Source: an uncultured Nitrososphaerales archaeon
GTDB lineage: Archaea > Thermoproteota > Nitrososphaeria > Nitrososphaerales > Nitrososphaeraceae
DNA length: 64,000 bases
Assembly (NCBI GenBank): GCA_963713605.1
Contig: CAVQMO010000012.1
Span: forward strand, 96,001-160,000
Direction of reading: 5' to 3'
Numbering within the stretch: position 1 is the stretch's first letter; each line of letters starts with the position of its first letter. This document shows, one piece after another, positions 21,452 through 33,279 of the stretch. The notes beneath the pieces were generated by a model. The model had not been told where the DNA came from. It made no database searches and worked only from the letters and a program-made list of their open reading frames with translations. The position numbers were made by a program, and so were the translations under genes.

Positions 21452-22215
21452 GAAGAACCGCTCATAAATTGCAAACTTGAAAACATGAGGAAGCAATGGA
21501 CCTTCGCAAATTCGCAATCCAATTTAATTTTCATCCCTTTCATCCTTTTTTTGATTCTAATGTAAAGGGTTCTTTTTGTATAGGACATACAATTACACAT
21601 GTGTATTACATCCGTGGATGATTGGTAAAGTCGTAGTTAGCTAGGGCTTTGAATTCTGGATACACAAAAGGCGTGACTTGATACTAGCTTTAACGAAATT
21701 GTTAGTCCTCTTTTAGATACTGAAAATAGAAGTAAAGACCATCTTTAATACAAGGTATAAAATTAAGACGTATGGAAATAAATTAAAATACTGATAGAAT
21801 CAAGTTTGTGTGTATCTGTGATATTGCATAGGTTTATTGGATTGTATCTTCAAATGTTTGTCCACTATTATTGCTTCCTGTCAAGAACACTTCCAGTTCC
21901 CACTCTTTTATCCCACAAACTGCTCAACTTTTATCCTGAGTGACCCACAGGGCAGAACAATGTGATGCGGCGCAAACAACAGGATTATCTAGCTTCTAGG
22001 CGATTAAATCACTTGGCAGAAGTAAATGCTTCTGTTGGCAAAATGTATAAGCTTGGACTCTATCTTGTGCAAGCTATACTCTCTGTATTCCTTTCGTATA
22101 ATGCGTTAATTGTAATTTGCAAAAATTCCTTCATCCAAACATGAGTTGTATACTTAAGAATATACTATTGCAATGAAATAGAATATATGCTGCAATAAAT
22201 AGTACATATTCTGTC

Positions 22216-22873
22216 TTGAGAAATAAAGACCAAACCGATCTAATCGAAAGTATCAATCAAAATACTAATGGTCTTCCGAAATTTGCTTACAAGCAATTAA
22301 CACAGCAAATATCAACAGAGAATGCTGTCACCATCATCGAATTTATAAAATGTCAGAAGACCGAGATCAATCCATCTGACTCTTACAAGAGCTTAGTAAT
22401 CAGATCTTTAATTATTCTTATAAAATATTTTAAGAGTAAGAAATTCAAACATATACAAGAATCGATATTATTAATTATCTTGATAGTTTACGAAAGTCTG
22501 AAGAAGCTGATCCAACACATAAATGGATTGGAACTTACAATCTTAGAAGACAAATATTTTTAAAGTTCTTTAAATGGCTATATGATCCGACTGAAGCAGC
22601 AAAAAAGAGAACAATTCCAAAAGTTATGCGAGACATTCCCCCATTAAAGAGAAAAGAACAATCAATCTATAAACCAGACGATCTTTGGAGCCAAGAAGAT
22701 GATCGTATGTTTTTGAAATATTGTCCGGATAAACGTATTCAATGCTATCATGCTATTTCGCGAGATACATCTGCAAGACCAGACGAGATTCTAAAGCTGC
22801 GAGTTAAAGAAATTAACTTTAAGCTCAGCTGGTGACAAAACCTATGCGCAAATATCTGTGAATGGAAAAACAG
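22216..22873 (+). pseudogene. Tyrosine integrase, frameshifted and 3'-truncated
   Basis: KTEINPSDSYK, YLDSLRKSEEADPTHKWIGTYN, YKPDDLW, RDTSARPDEILKLR (catalytic Arg box), ends after VNGKT. Confidence 0.85.
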
Positions 22874-23294
22874 CTTTGTTGGAAGCCGTCTAACGGCATT
22901 TCCATAAAGCTTGCTGTTACAAATTGATACCAACTGTTATTTTGTATCATCTTATACATACGACTGGTCTACATAGTCTAGCTGATACACCATCTAGACT
23001 ACAATCATATACAGTTCTCTATACATATTCATGTATAGTTTGAATATTATAGAATTTAATGCTGCTGCTTCATCAATAACGATAGACATTATTTTGCATA
23101 TGTAATTATATTAAATGGATGAGCCAGTTATGCTGATAATCCCGGGAGTTCGAGCCAATGATGGTTTTATTCGGAATCGAGCAGCACTGGCGGACAATAA
23201 TATATCTCACCATTATACATATTACATTTAATGTTTCAGGCTGCATTGTAACACTCTATAATTGAGCCCCCTGTGTTTAGACAGCTATTAAACA

Positions 23295-23493
23295 CTAATG
23301 TTCAGGATTTGTTATTCTAAAGGTCTCAGATGAGTCTCTTTCGCCTGAGCCCGCTGAAGCTGATTTTGAATGACTGAAATGATCGAGATAAGGATTCTGG
23401 ATTGTATTGAAACTTTATCACTTTTGGAATAGGATTATCAGGGTCTTGAATAACCAGGGCACCTTTGCCAGCCATGCCTTGAATTTTAGACAT
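23295..23493 (-). pseudogene. Fragment resembling a contractile injection system (Afp7/Pvc7-like) protein N-terminus
   Basis: MSKIQGMAGKGALVIQDPDNPIPKVIKFQYNPESLSRSF; frameshifted and truncated. Confidence 0.5.
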
Positions 23494-23978
23494 CGACCTC
23501 TACTAGTAGAGACTAACTATTTACGTTTTATGTTAAAAGAAGGCAGACATCAACCTCTATTGGGTAAGTTATTAATAATCCACAAAATCTTTGTAAGCCG
23601 CTGCCACATTAAAAAAGGCTCCAATTAACTTTAATTGTTACTCCTGTTATAATGCGATGTACTCGTCGGGAAACTAGATTCCATTTTAATACTATATCCA
23701 TTGTTTTAAACACCAAATCTATTAAGAGATAGATTTGCAAAGAATTTAGGATATACTACCATCATCAATTCTTGTACGTAGGCAGTCCTTCTCTATCTTT
23801 GAAATTCATGCCTGTAAATGCAGAAAGAGAGGTACCACTATCTATGCATTGAGATTTAAATTGCCTACTTAAACTTGGAACATCATGATGAATTATCATT
23901 TCAAGGTTTTTGCGTAGATATGTTCGGTACAGGTTTTCATCGTATTGGCTATATACTTCATTTGATTATCTGAATCAA

Positions 23979-24026
23979 TAGATACCGTTTTACCTTCACT
24001 AGATACCGTTTTACCTTCACTAGATA
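23979..24026. repeat. 21-bp tandem duplication
   Basis: TAGATACCGTTTTACCTTCAC twice, plus TAGATA. Confidence 0.9.
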
Positions 24027-24178
24027 ATGCCTGCATTTCAGTGATTGAAGGAGTCTGATGCTGTGCATATGATGCAAACTCTTTTGGTATTCTTCATCTG
24101 CATCTTTTATCATTTCTTTTTGTTCTTTGGTTGGGCCCGCCTAAACTTGAAAGTTGTCAATTATTATTTCAAGACATT

Positions 24179-25572
24179 TTATTTGGAGATTTGCCTAAAA
24201 TCTAGGGATTTTTCTAGCAGCCACATTCTTTCGAATAACACGCCATAGGCTTGTGTCTTCGATTCATTGTTTACATGCTGGATAAGAAACCGATTCTGAT
24301 AACTTGTATTTTCTGATCCAAGACCCAGGAAATACATGTTATCTGTATCCAAAATTGAGACAATCTCATTTGAGTTCAAGGGACTGTCAAAATATTTAAT
24401 TGACATTGCTGGCGATTCCTCTATTGATGGATAAGAGGTGTTGATGGAATCTTCTCCTTTTCTTCGAACTTAGTAGAAGGTAAAAGAATGCGTACGTTTA
24501 ATGATTTATTTTTTCTTTTCAATTCAACCAAAATATTGATAAAATTAATTATTTCCTTGTTTGAGATGATATATTGAGGAATTAAAATATCAACCTGTTC
24601 TTTAGCTTTTTCCGTTATATTTTTCATAGCCCTTAAAGTTTCATTTAAATCCTCGAATTCTTCTGCAAAATCGTTTGCTGAATTATTACGATCTAAGTCC
24701 ATCTCCTGTTCATTTTTTAAACTTTCAGAGAATTTCTTATACTCAAGCATTTGTTTTAACTTACTAAACCATATTATTGACGCAATCAAAAGAATATATG
24801 CAAAAGTATAGAAAAAAGACCACAACCATTCAGTATTCTGAATTAATTCATCATTTAATGCACTAAAATTATAGGCCATATCTGTTGCAGCTATTATGAA
24901 AACAGACAATGCTATTAGCAGCCAATGAAAAATAAATGGATCATTTTTTGGTGTATATAATATGATAGGTATACAAGGAAAGATAAGTACAGCGTCACTA
25001 ATATAATACGCCGCATTAGTAACAAACTCTATTGGGGAATCTGGGTAATACAGCTCGTAATTGTAAATGGCATCACCTAATAGGTAAATGGGAAAAATGC
25101 AAGCCAAAATACCTAGGTAAACAAATGAATTAGCTTTCATAATATTCCTCTTTAAACGAAGGATACTAAATAGATGAAATGAAAGAAACACCGTTGCCGG
25201 CAGATAAAAGAAGTCCGCTATTGATGGAAAAGGGGCCGGTATTCCTGCGAAAAATTGGTAATAAATATAAATTAGTCCTCCAATTGACAAACATATTAGT
25301 GTTAGAAAAATGAATCTAAATCTATGAATTTCTGTTTTTTCCAGTTTTGTGTATAAGAGCAACTTTAGCACAATTATTGTACCAACTATAGGCACTACTG
25401 TCATAGGTATGGTATTAAAAGCCCCACTTCTTTCGACATCGATAAAAAATATTATGATATACGCAAGAAAAGCACCTAAACATGCAGGTAATAAAAACCC
25501 TCGCAATAGCAGTTTGAGTTCATAAGAAGTAATAAGTAAAATCTTTGATGATGCAGTGTTAAGATCCTGCAT
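24179..25572 (-). CDS. Multi-pass membrane sensor-like protein with cytoplasmic domain, frameshift near 24430
   Basis: PFPSIADFFY membrane motif; LNVRILLP and NESKTQAYGVLFERMW resemble thaumarchaeal kinase-associated domains; no HisKA or HATPase seen. Confidence 0.7.
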
Positions 25573-26132
25573 TGTGTAAAGAAGATTTAATAGTATTGTT
25601 ATATTAAGTCTTTCTTGGGTCCTTTCTTGGGCCCGGAATCATCTACCCAGTTTCAAGGACAGACAAGATGGATATAAAGAATTCTAAGAGAAATAATCAC
25701 TGACCTATAATCGTGCATCCAACTTCCATTCATAAAGACCTGAAGGTGGTCAGAACCATCAGCGGCATCAGTAACGACTCGTTGCGTTCCGTTCTTTGGA
25801 TGTGATGCGTTTTCTTGTCCCATATTTGGCGACCACTTATATGCATATGATTATCGCATTGGCCTTATTAGTCTAAGTTTAGTCTTCTTTAATCATTCTT
25901 CATGTTGTTCTTCTTCATAAGATCCTGCTGCTTTTGCTGTTGCCGTTTGGACACCATGGCTAACTAGATCTCGATTGAGAATCTATGCGCATAGGATCTC
26001 TTTCACTATTAAAACAAATTGGAATAGTATCAGTTATAGTTCATTTATAGAATATACCATACTGTAAATATAATAAATTTTAATGCATAGTTCTGATGTC
26101 TCAACTATCTATCATCCTAGGTTTTTCTGTTC

Positions 26133-26735
26133 ATGCCTAAACAAATAAAATTAGAACATGTAATTTCTTTTAGTGACGCCATTTTCGCCTTCTCGATAAC
26201 ATTCATGGCCATAACGATACAGATTCCTAACATGCCCGAGAACCTTACTCAAACACAAGTTATTGACATACTATTAGGGCAAACTTCACAATTTGCGATT
26301 TATGTTATTAGTTTTTTCGTCATAGGGATATATTGGATTTCGTATCATCAAATCTTTAACCACATAACTGAATCTCGCGGGGTAATGATATGGTTAAACC
26401 TTTTATTCCTATTCTCCATAACTCTTATCTCCTTCGCTGTTGACCTTCAAGTTCAGTATGGATTCTATTACATTATATTTGCGATTTATGCATCAATCCT
26501 TACTCTCTCGGGAGGACTATTAACGATAATTTGGCTGCATGCAAAGAAGAAGGGTTTGATAGAGAATACGCTAAAATCGACAGATATTCAAAACCTTACT
26601 TTGCAATCTGTTCTTACACCAAGTGTCTTCGCACTTTCGATTTTGATTTCCATCATTAATGTGCAAATTGCATATTACTTCTGGTTGGTAATCATACCTG
26701 CAAAGATAGTAATTCATAAGCGGTATCCGTACTAG
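26133..26735 (+). CDS. TMEM175 family potassium channel (DUF1211)
   Basis: LEHVISFSDAIFAFSIT, YVISFFVIGIYWISYHQIF, WLNLLFL. Confidence 0.9.
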   Translation: MPKQIKLEHVISFSDAIFAFSITFMAITIQIPNMPENLTQTQVIDILLGQTSQFAIYVISFFVIGIYWISYHQIFNHITESRGVMIWLNLLFLFSITLISFAVDLQVQYGFYYIIFAIYASILTLSGGLLTIIWLHAKKKGLIENTLKSTDIQNLTLQSVLTPSVFALSILISIINVQIAYYFWLVIIPAKIVIHKRYPY

Positions 26736-27463
26736 TTTCATCGCTGAAACCAACACTTATGGTATGATGATGATGGATCTGCATCTTGCGAGTACCACTC
26801 AAATTCTACTAGGATTATTGGTGATCCATGCCTTGACAAACAGGGTAATTTATAAGGGATTTGACTGGCCTTTACATATTCACTATCAGTGTGAGTTACC
26901 AAATCATCTAACCAACAAGATCATTGCTTACTGGTATCTTAACCCTATTAATTTGAGTTTCTTTGCTTTTGTATCCAACGATTGCTGTTTCTACTTCTCC
27001 GTTAAGAATGTCTTGGTTTATAGTTCCGTATTTAGATTCTAACTCCTGTTTAAATTCTGCGAGGTACTTTACTTGATATCTTTACGTTCGACCCTATCTT
27101 CTTTAGTCATTTCTTACCTTTACCTTTTTTTGTGACATCTTTTATATAACCTCCGGTTTCAAGAGGGACACTAACCAATCGCAAGATGCAAAATGAAGAC
27201 ATTGTTCATGAAATATTGTAATAATATAGAGTTATGCCGGGACATTTACAGGGGCAATTCTTTCCTTCACATTCGGGATGTCATTCTGAGATATATGCTA
27301 GTAACTGATTCAATTCCTCACTTTGTTTATTGTCACTCATAACTATTCCTAATTTATGAGGGGTTTAATATTATATTTATAGAGGCATCCATAGCCAGGA
27401 CAGAAAGTGAAGCAAGGGTAACATCAAAATATATTGTTGCTTCAACAAAGATAGTAATAAGAT

Positions 27464-27733
27464 ATGACACTTGAACCTCCCAAAAACAAGGCTATACCTA
27501 ATCTAAATGCCCCAGATGATGAGTGGAAAAAATACTGGAATTCTTGTAGTATCGATGAGTTAGTAGATACTCTAGAAATGTTAGTTCAAATGGATAGAAA
27601 AAAGAAGCCTATCGAAAATAAATTTCTATATATAAGAGCATTAGAATGTAAAGACGCATTAAGCAAAACTGTTCGTGAGGTAATTAATATAAATAATAAA
27701 CTGATAAAGGATATAGAATTGGGGAAAAATTGA
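27464..27733 (+). CDS. Hypothetical protein
   Basis: 89 aa ORF. Confidence 0.45.
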   Translation: MTLEPPKNKAIPNLNAPDDEWKKYWNSCSIDELVDTLEMLVQMDRKKKPIENKFLYIRALECKDALSKTVREVININNKLIKDIELGKN

Positions 27734-27849
27734 GGGCCCTGTCTAGCCCAGACTCTGAGATCCCCCTTTCCGTTTCACAATCTTACTTGTTTATCTTTTC
27801 TCAATATCATAAGGACTATTCATAAATCCCATCCACACACTAGGAAAAG

Positions 27850-27965
27850 AGTTGTGCTAAAGAACAGTGATCCACGGAAGCTTATTTTTCCTGGGCTTGT
27901 AAACCTTCCTACCCCTTGACCCGTCCAGGTTGCCATTTCCTTATCATCTTTCGTTATCATACTAC
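27850..27965 (-). pseudogene. Fragment homologous to 5310..5705
   Basis: MITKDDKEMATWTGQGVGRFTSPGKISFRGS versus TTKDGDIVGVWAHGRGRP..ASWRGG. Confidence 0.6.
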
Positions 27966-28165
27966 TCATTATGTCCTGAAAGGTCAGTTCATTGCCAAGG
28001 TAGTTAGACTGTTATTGATGTGTTTCATGTACCATATGCATAGCTCTTGAAGGTATTCGTATGTGTAGGCTCCTGACTTGACCTTATGTAAAGGGAAAGG
28101 TTAAAACCTGCAGGAATAGAAAGACAGAATATGAACCATGTGGATTATGAATACAATCCAAATGA

Positions 28166-28597
28166 ATGTCTAAGATAATAATACTCGTAATCTTTGGTAT
28201 AATTCTAATAGTTTCAGTGGTCTGGGTAGGAACGAGTATGAATGATGTCTTTGTTGCCCAGCGAGAAGCAGATGAAGCACATAAGGACGTTGAACAGGCG
28301 CGACTAGAGGTTGACCAGGTACAACTAGAACTAGACCAAGCAGTAAAGGATTCTGGAGCAAATAAGGAAGTTGAACAGGCACGACTAGCGCTTGAACAGG
28401 CACGACAAGAGTCCGACCAGGCACAACTAGAACTAGACCAAGCAGTAAATGATACAGTTCCAATACTAAAAGAATGCATAAATGCTAACGGATATGACGC
28501 ATGTAGAAATGCAGTAATTGATGCCTGTATATCAAAGGGCGAATCGTCACTTAACGAATGTAGAGAACTATTTGAATTAGTTGAGAGGGAATTATAG
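28166..28597 (+). CDS. Membrane-anchored coiled-coil protein with internal duplication and 4-Cys C-terminus
   Basis: TM helix; VEQARL...QLELDQAV twice; four spaced Cys. Confidence 0.7.
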   Translation: MSKIIILVIFGIILIVSVVWVGTSMNDVFVAQREADEAHKDVEQARLEVDQVQLELDQAVKDSGANKEVEQARLALEQARQESDQAQLELDQAVNDTVPILKECINANGYDACRNAVIDACISKGESSLNECRELFELVEREL

Positions 28598-28850
28598 AAA
28601 AAGGAAGAAGGTTCATTGAAATCTAAGAACTTATGGTACTATTGGGGGGAATAGTAGTAAAGACATATGTCATTTAGAAAGAAAAAGAGACCCAAATTGA
28701 TAGACGACTTTCCTATCTCCAATTCGGCGTTTATGTGTCCGTTCCTGAGCTCCTACTATTTTGATACTAAAGAGACCTAGGAATTTTTTCCCTTAATAGC
28801 TTTCATGTATATGACTGTTACTCTGACTAGTAACTGCTATTCTATCAGCT

Positions 28851-29402
28851 CTAGTTTTGTATTTGTATGCTAATTTCGTCTTCTAGATCTTGATTCTTAC
28901 TTAGCTGTTTTCGTAACCGGATTGCTCGCTTGAAATCATTATTGGCTTCTGCTATCTCGATGGCTCGTCCGTTTTCACCATATTTCAAATCAAACAACCG
29001 ACCTAAGATGCTGTCAAGCGTATCGATCTCATTTATCAGAATGTCAGACTCTTGTAAGTTATTAGATTCTTTCAATCTTATATTTAGCTCTTCAATTCTT
29101 TTTTTAAGAATATTTTCGAACTTGATGACATCAGCTAACTCCAATCGTATTCTGCTAGTTCCAAGTTGTACCTTTTTATGATCTTTATCTCGATTTAAGA
29201 TTGAATCGATTATTGTTACCGTCCAACGTACAAATTCAATTTCGTCTTTACGGTCTTCTATGTAAAGTGGGTTTAATCTTACATTAATTGCTATTTCCAC
29301 TTCTTCAGTAAGCGCCCCGACTTGCTCTTCGATTATCTTTCGTAGTTCGACGAGTTTATGTTTATACATTGTAGAAAGACAACTAATTTGCGATATAATC
29401 AA
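28851..29402 (-). CDS. Coiled-coil hypothetical protein (multi-copy family)
   Basis: 183 aa; decayed paralogs at 36139-36480 and 8547-8680. Confidence 0.75.
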   Translation of the reverse strand: MIISQISCLSTMYKHKLVELRKIIEEQVGALTEEVEIAINVRLNPLYIEDRKDEIEFVRWTVTIIDSILNRDKDHKKVQLGTSRIRLELADVIKFENILKKRIEELNIRLKESNNLQESDILINEIDTLDSILGRLFDLKYGENGRAIEIAEANNDFKRAIRLRKQLSKNQDLEDEISIQIQN

Positions 29403-29463
29403 TAAAATACCAAGAGAGCTGGGAGAGAGTGTATCTCCGCAATTTTGTTGGCCTATTGATAGC

Positions 29464-29571
29464 TTATACTCTGGTACTCTTATTTTGGCCCGTTTTTAGA
29501 ATATATTTCTTGACGAGATAGTTTACTGCTACTGAAGCAACGGCAACAACAATTCTTCTTTTAATAGACAC
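29464..29571 (-). CDS. 35-aa basic/hydrophobic small peptide
   Basis: GTG start, MSIKRRIVVAVASVAVNYLVKKYILKTGQNKSTRV; ungapped paralog at 37807..37890. Confidence 0.55.
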   Translation of the reverse strand: MSIKRRIVVAVASVAVNYLVKKYILKTGQNKSTRV

Positions 29572-29756
29572 TATTTATCATTTTGTAAAATTGAATTTAA
29601 TAGTATCACTTTGGGAGATCCTGATATTGTTCCGCGGGTATGTCACTGAACCTGTGATTGAAATCGACTTCAAAATCAAGAATCAGATTATCAGTAATCC
29701 ATGCAGCTGATTCACCGTAAATAGATAAAAGCAACCAAGCCTAATCGGTAATAATC

Positions 29757-29951
29757 ATGACATTGAGTCTGAATTGTAAGGAAGCCGGCGACCCTGTTTG
29801 CACTCATATAATGTATGGTGAAACAGAAGAAGAACTTCTTGCCAATGCAAAGAAGCATGGAATAGAAGTACACGGATACACAGAAGAAACATGGAATGAA
29901 GAAATCGCAAAGAATTCGGAAAGCTTCCAGAAGCTAATCAAACAGTCATAA
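29757..29951 (+). CDS. DUF1059 family small metal-binding protein
   Basis: LNCKEAGDPVC...GETEEELLANAKKHGIEVHG. Confidence 0.85.
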   Translation: MTLSLNCKEAGDPVCTHIMYGETEEELLANAKKHGIEVHGYTEETWNEEIAKNSESFQKLIKQS

Positions 29952-30206
29952 AGTTTTATCAAAGCCATCGGCTTCCATTTTTTTATTTAATTTAATTTAC
30001 TAACGAACAGAACCGGGAGAGAGTGTGCAGATTTATCGATAGTAGTTAACTTTGAATACTGAACACCGTCAGCCACCTTTACGCTTGTGATCGGAGAAAT
30101 CTCTTAGTTGATATTTAATGGGAGTGAGTCTAGTTAAGTAGGTTCTGGAAGATAGAAAGTAGAATTTTATGCTATGTGATGCTCATGAGTTAAAATTGTA
30201 TCGCCA

Positions 30207-30539
30207 CTATGTTTCAGTACCTATCTCGTATACGTTGGAAACCTCCTTAACAATTATCACGCCACGAGGCTCATTCTGCGAACCCATGTTGTTCACAAGA
30301 TCATCAATAATTTCTTCTGCTAAAGTATCAGGTACGACTGTGACGACCCGAGTCCTAGCTTCATATTCTGGAGTGACTGTTCTGACACTCCATCCATCTC
30401 TCTCACGTATTTCTCTGCGTTTCATACGGCCTGCGCCCTGAACTTCATCGAAGGACATACCGCTGACATTGAAGTTACGAAGAATGTCGGTCACTTTAGA
30501 AAGATCCTCCTCGATAATATAGATATTTAATTCTTTCAC
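30207..30539 (-). CDS. P-II family signal transduction protein (GlnB/GlnK-like)
   Basis: GTG start; VSGMSFDEVQGAGR, EEIIDDL, GVIIVKEVSNVYEIGT. Confidence 0.85.
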   Translation of the reverse strand: MKELNIYIIEEDLSKVTDILRNFNVSGMSFDEVQGAGRMKRREIRERDGWSVRTVTPEYEARTRVVTVVPDTLAEEIIDDLVNNMGSQNEPRGVIIVKEVSNVYEIGTET

Positions 30540-30841
30540 AACTCCCAATCGCGGATCTTGTAGATAAGTTTTTCTTGACCTTTCAAGGAAACACGATCCA
30601 CTACTACTCCTATTAGTATTCAAATTTGAAATATTACAATGCCAGTGCATTCTATAACTCAATGAATCGAATCGCTAGGTAAACCATCGCTCTTACCTTG
30701 TTCATACAGTTTGTGTATATGCTAAAAATGACCTGGCTTAAAGATGGACACATTTAACCGGCTTGTTATACTGGCTCAATGTACATGTACTCCATTTCGA
30801 GTATCTCCGCGAGTTGTTTCAGCGAGTGAATCTGGTCTGAT

Positions 30842-31219
30842 TCAACGTCCCGCTGCTGTAATAAATCGGATTCTATTCACACCAAAAACGCAACAAAAGA
30901 TCATAGCTGGGCCCAGCGTGTCCAGTGGACATTCGCTAGACGTTGAGTTTGTACGGTTATTGCCATTATCACTATTGTTACTGCCCCTACTAATAGAACA
31001 TGCAATGAAACCAGCATTATATCCGTCCATGAAAGCATCAGTGCGAAATGATGGCCCACTTCCCGGCTGTTTGATGTATCTATCTGATGGACTGGAAATA
31101 TTTGCATCGTCACAACCATGGTCGCGTCAGGAGTCGTAAGCGTCACTGGTCGCGAAGGATGATGAGCTCGATACAAAAATTGAAAAGAAAATAACAGCAG
31201 CTGCTATTACTATTTTCAT
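30842..31219 (-). pseudogene. Secreted protein (YDxGxDHGCxDA family) with in-frame TGA at 31127-31129
   Basis: MKIVIAAAVIFFSIFV...AYDS*RDHGCDDA...FMDGYNAGFIAC; related to 43149..43818. Confidence 0.7.
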
Positions 31220-31349
31220 AGCTATTAACTAATCTTCATCATCATTATCATCATCATTAGTTATAATGAAAAACGGTTGGTCAAGAATTTTACTTATGCC
31301 AGTCTTAACGGTAGACTGACTTATAATTACATCTGTCTATACATAGTTT

Positions 31350-31505
31350 ATGGAGTACAAGTGTGATAGATGCGGTTCTATCTTCACTGAATGGTATAGA
31401 CTGGAGATCCATAGACAGGTACACGATCGTAAGTCAAAGATCAAAGAGTACGGTTCACCAGAATTCAATGACTATAGATTATGGCATTACAAACAGGGCG
31501 GATAA
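31350..31505 (+). CDS. 51-aa classical C2H2 zinc-finger microprotein
   Basis: YKCDRCGSIFTEWYRLEIHRQVH fits Y-x-C-x2-C-x3-F-x5-L-x2-H-x3-H. Confidence 0.7.
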   Translation: MEYKCDRCGSIFTEWYRLEIHRQVHDRKSKIKEYGSPEFNDYRLWHYKQGG

Positions 31506-31619
31506 TAGTACAGTAATCATCGGCGGCGCTTTGTGGGAGTAGCCTCGTAAGTTAATGGCTCCTATGTATAGCACGGTCTACAGGATCAATGGTCGTAGCT
31601 ATCGGTTTTGGGTCAAGCA

Positions 31620-31937
31620 AGTTCTGCAAAGCAAGATCAAGATAGTGTTAACAGCTTGTATCTCAAAATAGATGATAAGGAATATGGTTATGATGAGCTC
31701 GTTAAGTATAGAACTAATACTGGACCATTCAATGTTGTATTCCCAGACAATCCGGCTTTTGGAGTTCTGGAAGGCGGACCCTCAAAAACGGTAGCTGATG
31801 GATTTTATATCCTGACTGAACCATTTTCTAGGGGTAATCACACAGTTCATTATAAATCGAGCTTGCTTTGCTTAGACCCAGATTGTACGGAGCCCAATTT
31901 TGATCAAGATATTAAATATAACATAATTGCAAAATAA
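31620..31937 (+). pseudogene. 5'-truncated secreted-protein family fragment
   Basis: PFNVVFPDNPAFG...VADGFYILTEP..GNHTVH; no N-terminal half upstream. Confidence 0.55.
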
Positions 31938-32556
31938 AGAGATTCTTTGGTGGTAGTTTCTGTACAATCAGGAATCAGTAAAGTTGTTGCCTGTTGATCC
32001 TGGAGCAAACTGGGAATACCTAAAATAAGTCTTTAGTACCAAAAATTAATTCCACAAGATTTATCAAGGAAAGACTCATTGATAAACTCCAATTTCATAA
32101 CTCTGTTTTTGCCGTCTCAACATCTCTCTCACGTTGCTGTGATATCTCATTCCACCAATGATAGTTTTTCTTGTTGTCAAACCCAAGCTCTAATCGTTTG
32201 GCGTGGTTATGTACATAAAATATGCGTGACAAGGATAAAGAAATATGGATCATTTACTTGACTTTGCAAAACCGCCTATGGACTCGGCTGCCCACTCTCA
32301 AAAGTTGCCAGTCTAATATAGTTTAGAATGATTTGCCACTCGCAAAAGTGAGGAAATCCAGATGTCGCTGGCTGCTTGTGTGTGAACTAACAATTATCTG
32401 TTGTACAATTCAAGATTTAATCATAATATGCAATTAGAGATAGATGGGTTGCATTAGTGGTCGTGTTTATTCCAGCATTACAGCGTATCTATTAATGATT
32501 ATGCGTCTCACATGGAGACTCATCGGTTCTATGTTGTTGTTGCAGAAAGTATACAC

Positions 32557-32951
32557 GTTACGGGCAAGAAAGAGAATATTTGTCATGGTTTATCAGAGGA
32601 TTAGAATACAATCCGTCTGCAATTACAGATGCAGACATAGACGTATTTGTAAGCCATGCCAAGGGTCCTGGTGGACTAAGGTCGCAATTTGAGCACTTTA
32701 GAGCGTTCCCCACTGATGCAGAACAGAATAAAGAATCAGCCAAGAACCCCATTACAATGCCTGTACTAGTATTAGGTGGCGACATCTACCCAGCTTTGGG
32801 TGGCGATTATCCGGGTAACTTTGCGGTAACATCGACACAAAATTTGGCTGCAAATGTAACGGGTATTACAGTCCCACTTTCAGGCCACTGGATTCCAGAG
32901 GAACAACCGAAATTTGTCATTGAACAACTTTCAAAATTCTTCACCCAGTAA
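32557..32951 (+). pseudogene. Alpha/beta hydrolase C-terminal half
   Basis: PITMPVLVLGG, SGHWIPEEQP; nucleophile-elbow half missing. Confidence 0.8.
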
Positions 32952-33279
32952 TTTTTTATTTTTACTGAATACATCCTGATAGTGAATAATAAGAAAGGTA
33001 ATACCATTTACGGTGGAACTACTCCGTCAATCCGCTTGTTGGAGTACATCTATGAAAAGTTGCAGATGTTTAAAATAATATTAAGGCAGACTGGTAACTA
33101 TCCAATCTTGTTTTGTGGCTTTATGGGTAGCGGCCGGGCAATGGAGTAAATTTGGTCCATAATGCCCGATAGCGGTGGATTTGTCCATATCAATCCTGAT
33201 ATGTTCGACCAAGTACTTGCTCAACGATACTATAGTTGAATTCAAGGAGAGCAGGGGCCACCAGTACCAGAAGTTATTA

